Shown here in pieces: positions 1 to 7,246 of a DNA stretch of 51,442 bases (position 1 is the stretch's first letter; each line of letters begins with the position of its first letter). A program made the translations under genes and the position numbers. The DNA is from an uncultured Gammaproteobacteria bacterium (GTDB lineage: Bacteria > Patescibacteriota > Microgenomatia > Levybacterales > UBA12049). Below the pieces are notes generated by a model. That model made no database searches. It was not told the DNA's origin and saw only the letters and a list, made by a program, of their open reading frames with translations. The DNA lies in contig CAZGGU010000001.1 in assembly GCA_964525395.1 (NCBI GenBank), positions 20,456 through 71,897 of the forward strand, read 5' to 3'.

Positions 1-414
1 ATGCATCAAGCCATTCGCGATATGCTAGGAACTGAGGTTCATCAAAAAGGTTCCAATATTACCGCAGAGCGTGTAAGATTTGATTTTAATTTTGACCGCA
101 ATCTAACACCTGAAGAGCTAGAGGAACTTCAAACAGTTGTCAACGAAAAAATTAAAGCTAATTTACCAGTTCATTTCGAAATGATGCCACTTGAACGAGC
201 CAAAAAAATTGGCGCGATCGGACTTTTTGATGATAAATATGCAGATGAAGTAAAAGTGTACATGATAGGCTCAGATAATCCTGAAGAAGCATATTCGAAA
301 GAATTCTGTGGTGGCCCTCATGTAGCCTTTACTGGAGATGTGAAATCGTTTAAGATAATAAAGCAGGAAAATATCGGACAAGGCCTGCGCCGGCTGTATG
401 TAACGGTCGGTTAA
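1..414 (+). CDS. alaS: alanyl-tRNA synthetase C-terminal fragment (editing-domain core; 5' end lies outside the window)
   Basis: Open from base 1. QKGSNITAERVRFDF, GAIGLFDDKY, EFCGGPHV and GLRRLY match the AlaRS/AlaX editing core. The ORF stops right after this core, with no C-Ala domain, so a free-standing AlaX-type protein cannot be excluded. Confidence 0.75.
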   Translation: MHQAIRDMLGTEVHQKGSNITAERVRFDFNFDRNLTPEELEELQTVVNEKIKANLPVHFEMMPLERAKKIGAIGLFDDKYADEVKVYMIGSDNPEEAYSKEFCGGPHVAFTGDVKSFKIIKQENIGQGLRRLYVTVG

Positions 415-420
415 TTTAGT

Positions 421-2700
421 ATGAAATTACCAAAACTGCCCAGTTTGGAAAAAAAGACTAAGCTTAAGGAATATTATCTTTCATTAGTTCTCCGCGATGA
501 GAAAGCCAGTGCTGTAGTCTTCGAAGAAGAAAATAATCGAGTAAATGTAGTCGGCGAACATGAAGAACATTTTAAAACCTCACTTAAAGAAGCTTCTGAG
601 GATGAACTTTTAGACGTATTAGATAAAACCGTTTCAGGAGCAGAGCGAAACCTCCCTCCTGACACAGAGTCCCAAAAAACTATTTTCGGTGTTAATCAGG
701 ATTGGATTTCAGCCGACGGAAAAATCAAAGCTGAATATTTAACAAAACTTAAAAAGATCTCAGACGAACTTGAATTTAAGCCAATGGGTTTTCTCGTAAT
801 ACCTGAGGCTGTAGTTCATTTACTAGCGAAGGAAGAAGGCCAGCCAATCTCGGGAATTTTAACTGAAATAAATGACAAGTCCCTAAACGTTTATTTAGTA
901 AAAGCTGGGAAAATAATTGAGACTAAATCTGCACCTATCGAAGGCCCAATCCCTGAAACGGTAGATAAATTACTTCAACACTCAACTACAACAGAAATAC
1001 TACCCTCAAGAATTATTATTTTTAATGGCGGCGATGAAAAACTACAGCAAGAATTCCTCGCCCATAAATGGAGTAAAGCTCTTCCTTTTTTACATGTGCC
1101 TCAAATAACCAATCTGGCAGCCAATTATGATGCCAGATCTGTTCTCAATGGAACAGCTACCCAAATGGGGCTAAGCGTATTCGAGCCTTCACTTTCAAAA
1201 GCCGTAAAAGAAGATAAAGCAGAAGTGTTAGCAGAAGAAAAAGGAGAAGCAATTTCAACTGAAGAAATAATTGATGAAGACAAAACTCTTGCTGAAGCAG
1301 CAAACGATTTCGGTTTTTCAGCTGAAGATGTAAAGACAAAAGATAAACCAATGATTGCAATCGAAGATGACTTAATACCCAAAAAAGGAACTAAATCAGA
1401 TAATATTAATACTGATAATATTACTGCTGCTGATCAATTTAGAGAAATACCCGAAGAGGTGAAAATTTCTAATTCTGATTCACAATCTCTTTCTGTAAAC
1501 GCTGCCGCTATATCTACTGGCATGAAAAGTACACTTTCCAAGCTAAAACTAGGCTCCATCTTTAAAGGTGGCGGAAAAAATCCTAAAATTATTTTAGCGA
1601 TTACTATTCCACTAGTACTTCTACTTTTAATTGGATACTTATATCTTTTCGGAAGAAGCGCGACAGTAAATTTAAGTCTTGATCAGCGAGATGAAACTAA
1701 AACTGAGGATATTACCTTCTCAGAAAATGAGGCTACAAATGCAAAAGACAATACAATATCTGCGAAATTTATTACAGTTAGTCAAGATGGTAAAACGGAG
1801 ACCGCAGCCACTGGTAAAAAAGAAACTGGAGATAAAGCTAAAGGAACTGTGACACTTTTTAATAGCGATACGTCAGGTGGAAAAACTATTCCTGCGGGAA
1901 CCATAATTACCTCCTCTAACGATCTAAGTTTCGTTACAGAAAAAGCTGTAACTGTCGCTTCTGCTTCTGGAGATATTTTTTCAGGAACAGAACCTGGAAA
2001 AGCAGACATGGCTGTTACTGCTGAAAAATTTGGAACTAATTACAATCTGCCATCAGGCACAAAGTTTACAGTCGAAGGCACTTCTTCGGTGGCAGCTAAA
2101 AATGATAAAGCATTCTCAGGCGGAACCAAGAAAGAAATAAAAGTGGTTTCCAAAAAAGACCAAGATAAACTTACTAAAGATCTCGAAGAACAATTAAAAT
2201 CTAGCGCTGAGGATTCAATCAAAAAACAAGCTGGCGGATATGAAGTTCTCCCTGATTTTATTTCAATTGAATTTGATAAAAAAAGTTTTAGTAAAGATGT
2301 AGACGATGAAGCAGACAACGTAAGCTTAACCGGAGTTATTAATTACAAAGGCGTTGCATATAAAAAATCTGAAGCAGCAGCTTATGCAAATGAGAAATTC
2401 AAGAATAACGACGATTTAAGTGTCAACGAAGATTCAGTAGAAATTAGCGTTGAGGATTTAGAAGAAGATAAAGGAGAGGCTTCTGGAAAAGCAACTATTA
2501 AAGCTGGTTTACTTCCACAAATTGATAAAGAAAAAATTACGGATGAAATCAAAGGCAAATCTCTTGCTGATGCCAGATCAATAATCATAGGAATGCCTGG
2601 AATAAAAGATGTAGAAATAAAAATTTCCTTAGGCTTCTTACCGCTTCCTAAAACTCTTCCTTTCCGGGCGGGGAAAATTACAGTAAGTGCCAACCAATAA
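421..2700 (+). CDS. large bitopic membrane protein: ~385-aa cytoplasmic N-domain with an acidic linker, one TM, ~350-aa beta-rich ectodomain; function unknown
   Basis: 759-aa ORF with a single strong hydrophobic segment, KIILAITIPLVLLLLIGYLYLF. The ectodomain has KGTVTLFN...IPAGT-type strands, which from memory (unverified) resemble baseplate-J-like annotations in CPR genomes. The stop lies 3 nt before the sortase ATG. Confidence 0.6.
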   Translation: MKLPKLPSLEKKTKLKEYYLSLVLRDEKASAVVFEEENNRVNVVGEHEEHFKTSLKEASEDELLDVLDKTVSGAERNLPPDTESQKTIFGVNQDWISADGKIKAEYLTKLKKISDELEFKPMGFLVIPEAVVHLLAKEEGQPISGILTEINDKSLNVYLVKAGKIIETKSAPIEGPIPETVDKLLQHSTTTEILPSRIIIFNGGDEKLQQEFLAHKWSKALPFLHVPQITNLAANYDARSVLNGTATQMGLSVFEPSLSKAVKEDKAEVLAEEKGEAISTEEIIDEDKTLAEAANDFGFSAEDVKTKDKPMIAIEDDLIPKKGTKSDNINTDNITAADQFREIPEEVKISNSDSQSLSVNAAAISTGMKSTLSKLKLGSIFKGGGKNPKIILAITIPLVLLLLIGYLYLFGRSATVNLSLDQRDETKTEDITFSENEATNAKDNTISAKFITVSQDGKTETAATGKKETGDKAKGTVTLFNSDTSGGKTIPAGTIITSSNDLSFVTEKAVTVASASGDIFSGTEPGKADMAVTAEKFGTNYNLPSGTKFTVEGTSSVAAKNDKAFSGGTKKEIKVVSKKDQDKLTKDLEEQLKSSAEDSIKKQAGGYEVLPDFISIEFDKKSFSKDVDDEADNVSLTGVINYKGVAYKKSEAAAYANEKFKNNDDLSVNEDSVEISVEDLEEDKGEASGKATIKAGLLPQIDKEKITDEIKGKSLADARSIIIGMPGIKDVEIKISLGFLPLPKTLPFRAGKITVSANQ

Positions 2701-2703
2701 CTT

Positions 2704-3414
2704 ATGAGTAAAACATATTATAAAGGTAAAAACAGAAATAATAAGCTGTTTGTAAAAATTTTTTGTGTGATCGCAATTACAATTGGTGGAATTGTCTTTT
2801 CTTATACTTTTTTCCCTTTAATTTCTTGGCAGATTTATTTCGCACCAGCTTTCGCTTCCCAGAAAATAGAAGCTCCTATTCCCAATCACACAGTTATTGA
2901 TCCAGGAAATATTTCTAATCTTATTTCAAGTGCCACAACTAAAATAAACACAGATTATACAAATGCTTATAACTGGTATCCAGGGTATGGCAATCAGAAA
3001 AACCTCAAAGCAGACTACACCTTATCTATTCCTAAAATAGATATAAAAGATGCGCTTGTGTCTAATAGAGATACTGATCTGACAAGACATTTAGTTCAGT
3101 ATAATTCAGACAGCGTCCCACCAGATGAAGGAAATTCTGTAATTTTTGGCCACTCAACTCTCCCACAGCTTTACAAAAAAGGAGATTATAAAACCATCTT
3201 TGCCAATGCCTACAAACTTGGCGTGGGAGACTTAATTTTGGTTAACCGAGAAGGAAAAACTTATAACTATAAAATAGAAAGTGTTATAGTAGTAGATCCA
3301 ACAGACACTTCAGTACTTGCTCAAAATTTTTCTGACAGCTTCATAACGATAATTACTTGTACTCCTCCTGGCACAGTTTGGAAAAGATTGATAATTAAAG
3401 CGAGGAAAATATGA
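2704..3414 (+). CDS. sortase-family transpeptidase (N-terminal membrane anchor)
   Basis: N-terminal TM. Candidate catalytic His in VIFGHSTLP, Cys in ITIITCTPPG (TLxTC-like) and Arg in WKRLIIKAR, in the usual sortase order and spacing. Confidence 0.85.
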   Translation: MSKTYYKGKNRNNKLFVKIFCVIAITIGGIVFSYTFFPLISWQIYFAPAFASQKIEAPIPNHTVIDPGNISNLISSATTKINTDYTNAYNWYPGYGNQKNLKADYTLSIPKIDIKDALVSNRDTDLTRHLVQYNSDSVPPDEGNSVIFGHSTLPQLYKKGDYKTIFANAYKLGVGDLILVNREGKTYNYKIESVIVVDPTDTSVLAQNFSDSFITIITCTPPGTVWKRLIIKARKI

Positions 3415-3557
3415 TGGAAGAACAATCAGGATTTTTAGCTTGGCTCAAAAGTATTTGGCCAAGAATCTATCGAATAACCAACAGTATTTTTTATAATCTG
3501 ATAAATTTTTTAAAAAAATCTGTTAGGCTAATAATAGACCAATTAAGATATGGATGA
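3411..3557 (+). CDS. small 48-aa ORF (MMEEQSGFLAWLKSIWPRIYRITNSIFYNLINFLKKSVRLIIDQLRYG), not in the supplied track
   Basis: GAGGA Shine-Dalgarno 5-6 nt upstream. Its ATG overlaps the sortase stop (ATGA at 3411-3414) and its TGA overlaps the next gene's start (ATGGATGA at 3550-3557). It fills an otherwise 135-nt gap. Confidence 0.45.
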   Translation: MMEEQSGFLAWLKSIWPRIYRITNSIFYNLINFLKKSVRLIIDQLRYG

Positions 3558-4824
3558 AAAAGAATTAGCAATCGCTGCTATCAGAAAAAAACTAGTCGGC
3601 AAGAGACTTAATTATAAAGAGATCTATTCCATCATGGATCAGATTTCTCAGAATAAATTGGGTGATGTTTTAACAACTTATTTTGCAGCATCAGGTTTTT
3701 CCAAAGGTTTTTCAGATGATGAAATTTATTATCTAACCAAAGCTATGGTGGAGACTGGGGAAAAGTTAAATTTCAAAGGCATTGTCGCGGACAAACACTC
3801 CATAGGTGGAGTTCCTGGAACGAGAACTACTTTAATCGTTGTACCCATCATCGCTGCCGCAGGTTATAAAATTCCGAAAAGTTCTTCAAGAGCCATTACT
3901 ACGCCCGGAGGAACAGCCGATGATATGGAAATATTAGCTCCAGTTGATTTACAAGCAAAGAAGATTTATTCCGTGGTTGAAAAAACCAATGGATGTATCG
4001 TATGGGGTGGGAGCTTTAACATCGCACCTGCTGATGACATTATCATAAAAGTAGAAGAAGTATTACTTTTTGAATCATATGACAAAATATTAATTTCAAT
4101 TATGGCAAAGAAGGTGGCGTTTGGATCAAATCATGTCGTTATCGATATTCCATACGGAAAGAGCGTAAAAGTTCATACGCTAGAATATGCAAAAATTCTG
4201 AAAAACAAATTCGTAAGATTAGCTAAAAAGTTCGATATAAAAATCGATGTCTTAATTCACAAGACTGAGGAACCCGCAGGAAGAGGAATCGGACCTCTCC
4301 TAGAAGTCAAAGAATCTCTACTCGTGCTCGAGCAAGAGGCTAATCGGGCTAGAGATTTGGAAGCTAGGAGCATAAATCTAGCCGGAAGCCTTCTTGAGCT
4401 TTGTTTGGCAGATAGCCCTAAGGCCAAACAGGACGAAATTAGAAAGAAATATAAAAACGGATATAATTGGGCTCAGGATATTTTAGAAAGCGGACTTGCC
4501 CTAGCTAAGTTTAAGCAAATTGTCAGCGCTCAGGGAGGAAATGGAAAAATAACAAGTCGTGATTTAAAGCCCGGAAAATACACCTTTACTTTTCTGGCTC
4601 CTAAAAAATGTAAAATCGAAAGCTTTAATGTTAAAAATTTAACTATGATTACTCGAATCCTTGGAGCACCTAATATGAAAAAAGCAGGTATCTACCTAAA
4701 TAAGAAGATAGGCGAAGAAATCAATAAAAACGACCCAATCTGTACTTTTTACTCAGAATCAATGTATAATCTTAAAGAAGCAAAGGAGTCGCTTAAAAAC
4801 TTCCCTTTGATCAACTTTAAATGA
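3550..4824 (+). CDS. family-II nucleoside phosphorylase (thymidine/AMP phosphorylase type)
   Basis: KHSIGGVPG phosphate-binding motif, TTPGGTADD, and overall length and order of the glycosyltransferase family 3 and PYNP C-terminal domains. The HSIGGVPG form resembles archaeal AMP phosphorylases. Confidence 0.8.
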   Translation: MDEKELAIAAIRKKLVGKRLNYKEIYSIMDQISQNKLGDVLTTYFAASGFSKGFSDDEIYYLTKAMVETGEKLNFKGIVADKHSIGGVPGTRTTLIVVPIIAAAGYKIPKSSSRAITTPGGTADDMEILAPVDLQAKKIYSVVEKTNGCIVWGGSFNIAPADDIIIKVEEVLLFESYDKILISIMAKKVAFGSNHVVIDIPYGKSVKVHTLEYAKILKNKFVRLAKKFDIKIDVLIHKTEEPAGRGIGPLLEVKESLLVLEQEANRARDLEARSINLAGSLLELCLADSPKAKQDEIRKKYKNGYNWAQDILESGLALAKFKQIVSAQGGNGKITSRDLKPGKYTFTFLAPKKCKIESFNVKNLTMITRILGAPNMKKAGIYLNKKIGEEINKNDPICTFYSESMYNLKEAKESLKNFPLINFK

Positions 4825-5777
4825 AGAGGTTTTATATTCCGGTCGCCATAATAGTAGTCCTAATAGTAGCCTCCGTGATCTGGTGGAAAAATGGCACTTC
4901 TCCTGCTGATTCTAAAGATAACACTGCAAAGATATTTATCGTCGAACCAGGTCAAGGTGTAAAAGCGATAGCGAAAAATCTTAAAGACGAGGGCCTTATT
5001 AAAGATCAGGTAGCATTCTTTCTATTAACCAAACAGACTGGCTTAGCTAATAAAATCCAGGCAGGCTCCTTTAGACTTAATCCTTCTATGTCAGCTAATG
5101 AAATAGCCAATCAATTAACCAAAGGCACACTTGATATCTGGGTAACTGTACCTGAAGGTCAGCGTGCTGGAGAAATCGCAGATACACTTAAAAAATCAAT
5201 GCCTGGTTATAATGATTCCTGGAGAGCCGAGCTTGAAAAAAATGAAGGATACCTGTTCCCTGATACATATCTTTTTCCTAAGGAAGCAAACATAGAAACA
5301 ATAATCTCTATTATGAGAGATAATTTCGAGAGTAAATATGCAACATTAGATACGAGTAAGTCCAAATTGACTCAAGCACAAATTGTAACTCTAGCATCTT
5401 TAATCGAGCGCGAAGCAAGACATGCCGAAGATAGACCTAAGGTTTCCAGCGTTATTAATAATAGACTAGACATTGGCATGAAGCTGGATCTAGATGCCAC
5501 ACTTCAGTACATCAGAGGCTTTGATAGAAATCAAAATAGATGGTGGACAACTAACATAGGTAATGCTGACAAGGCATCTAATTCTCCATATAATACTTAT
5601 AAATTCGCTGGTCTTCCTCCGGGACCTATTTCTAATCCTGGCCTCTCAGCACTTGAGGCTGCTATCAACCCTGTAAAAACCCCATACCTTTATTACATCA
5701 CAGATAAAAATGGTGTAAATCGCTATGCTGAGGATATTGACGGCCACGAAGCAAACATCTCCAAATATGGCCTGTAA
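4821..5777 (+). CDS. mltG: endolytic murein transglycosylase MltG (YceG family)
   Basis: N-terminal TM, LysM-like KNLKDEGLIK segment, EGYLFPDTY, ASLIEREA and YNTYKFAGLPPGPISNPG motifs typical of YceG/MltG. ATGA overlap with the upstream gene. Confidence 0.9.
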   Translation: MKRFYIPVAIIVVLIVASVIWWKNGTSPADSKDNTAKIFIVEPGQGVKAIAKNLKDEGLIKDQVAFFLLTKQTGLANKIQAGSFRLNPSMSANEIANQLTKGTLDIWVTVPEGQRAGEIADTLKKSMPGYNDSWRAELEKNEGYLFPDTYLFPKEANIETIISIMRDNFESKYATLDTSKSKLTQAQIVTLASLIEREARHAEDRPKVSSVINNRLDIGMKLDLDATLQYIRGFDRNQNRWWTTNIGNADKASNSPYNTYKFAGLPPGPISNPGLSALEAAINPVKTPYLYYITDKNGVNRYAEDIDGHEANISKYGL

Positions 5778-5987
5778 AAAATTCTAATTACTAGTCATCA
5801 TTTCTTATAATAATTTGCGATTAGAACAAAGAACGTTAAGTTTTTGTTCTGAGCGACATCAAGAGGATTCCTCACAAACTCGTTGAGGAGAGGTGAAATC
5901 CCAAGAGGAGCGAATAAAACAAAAATAGTTCGCCTTCGCCGCTAGAGTTTTTGTGTTATGTTTCCGGAAAAAGTAACAGAGTAAAAT

Positions 5988-6269
5988 TTACTTTTTCTTA
6001 AAGAATCTTCGAGGCTTAGAGGGGTCGACTTCTACAGTTATATTTTCTGCTACTTCGCGCTCTTGCTCAGTATCTGGCATTGGATAAATTCCTTCAAGTC
6101 TCTCTTCTATGTTTTCCATTACATTCCCAAGCTCGATCTTTCCTTCTTGAGTTAGAGTTTTAAGAATTTTATTTCCTTTTTTGGTACCAAGCAGAAATAC
6201 AGCGGCACCACCAATGAGGGCGCCGATTAAAAATCCGTCTGAAAATTTACCATTATTATTCCCCATCAT
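5988..6269 (-). CDS. YtxH-like membrane-anchored small protein
   Basis: GFLIGALIGGAAVFLLGTKKG helix followed by a charged helical tail, the typical YtxH pattern. Confidence 0.6.
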   Translation of the reverse strand: MMGNNNGKFSDGFLIGALIGGAAVFLLGTKKGNKILKTLTQEGKIELGNVMENIEERLEGIYPMPDTEQEREVAENITVEVDPSKPRRFFKKK

Positions 6270-6546
6270 TGTCTCCTTTGTTATTCAAGCCAATATTCTT
6301 TAACAAACCAAGAACTGTGGCGATTCCTGCGCTAGCTTTTAATCCCATTACAAACGAGGACAATCCTTCAGCTGGAGCTGCTACGCTTTCTGTAATCCTG
6401 GTTGTGTTATCTAAGACTTTATTAGTTTTATCTATTGTAGTCCTAAGATCTCTTAAAATGAAGTAAACTTGAATTCCCAAAATCACAAGCAGAATAGTGA
6501 GGATTGTGATGAACACCAATAGAATGATTTGGACAGGATCAAACAT
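6256..6546 (-). CDS. DUF948-like membrane protein (start moved to the internal ATG, MFDPVQII...)
   Basis: TM followed by LRDLRTTIDKTNKVLDNTTRITESV, DUF948-like. A TTGACT(-35)/TATAAT(-10) pair at 6580-6585/6559-6564 lies downstream of the track start at 6594, favouring the ATG at 6546. The spacer is only 15 nt, so this is tentative. Confidence 0.55.
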   Translation of the reverse strand: MFDPVQIILLVFITILTILLVILGIQVYFILRDLRTTIDKTNKVLDNTTRITESVAAPAEGLSSFVMGLKASAGIATVLGLLKNIGLNNKGDNDGE

Positions 6547-6601
6547 AGTACTATATAAATTATAACACCCTGACTTGTTAGTCAAGAGCATCAAAGTTAA
6601 T

Positions 6602-7240
6602 CTAATCGGGCTTAACTATAATATCTCGCTTAACAACAGTCGTTCTTCCAAATCTATTTTCAGCCGTAAAAGTTATCGTAGTATTACCTGGAAAGACTGT
6701 AATCTCTTTAGTAAAGTTTCCATTACGATCAAGCGTTATCTGTTCGTTTTCTACAGTTAAAGTAGAATCAGGATCTGTTTTTCCAGAAACTTCAATCGAT
6801 AAGGTCTTAAAGCTCTGGCTTTCCTTCGGGGTATCAATTTTTAAAGTTGGATTAAACAAGGCGCCACGATATTGGAATAGTAAAAAGATTGCAACCAGTA
6901 CGAAAACAATCCCAATAATTATCATGCTTTTTCCGATCTTAAATTTAGTTCTCTTGTACTCATTTGGATTGGCTAAACCACGCGGCAATACTTCAATCTG
7001 CTTTTTTTCATCAAACTCACGACGATAAAGCGCAAGAGATTTTTCTACAGGTAAACCCAGAAATTTAGCGTAGTTACGGACAAAACCATAAGCATAGGCA
7101 CTTGACGGAAGTGCGCGGAAATCTCCTTTTTCAATCGCACGCAAAAAATCTTCCCGAATCTTAGTGGCTCGGGAAACTTCTTCTAAATTTAAGCCTTTAC
7201 GTTTACGCTCTTCTTCGAACTGCTGACCAATTTTAATCAT
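6602..7240 (-). CDS. rodZ: RodZ-like cytoskeleton protein (XRE-type HTH, TM, C-terminal beta domain)
   Basis: N-terminal HTH (LNLEEVSRATKIREDFLRAIEKGDF), AYAYGFVRNYAKFLGL, one TM and a C-terminal beta domain. Lies 6 nt downstream of ftsK. Confidence 0.65.
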   Translation of the reverse strand: MIKIGQQFEEERKRKGLNLEEVSRATKIREDFLRAIEKGDFRALPSSAYAYGFVRNYAKFLGLPVEKSLALYRREFDEKKQIEVLPRGLANPNEYKRTKFKIGKSMIIIGIVFVLVAIFLLFQYRGALFNPTLKIDTPKESQSFKTLSIEVSGKTDPDSTLTVENEQITLDRNGNFTKEITVFPGNTTITFTAENRFGRTTVVKRDIIVKPD

Positions 7241-7246
7241 AGGGAT

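Noticed and set aside
474-2693. Six minus-strand ORFs (474-665, 1125-1382, 1157-1360, 1782-2009, 2040-2318, 2382-2693) inside the 759-aa gene
   Set aside because: They lie entirely antisense within a long, well-formed coding frame. Their translations are low-complexity and S/L-rich, as is typical of shadow ORFs, and they have no promoters or Shine-Dalgarno sequences.
2620-2700. LPLPKTLPFRAG at the C-terminus of the 759-aa protein as a sortase sorting signal
   Set aside because: It is not followed by a hydrophobic segment and basic tail, and LPKTL is not an LPXTG/LAXTG match.
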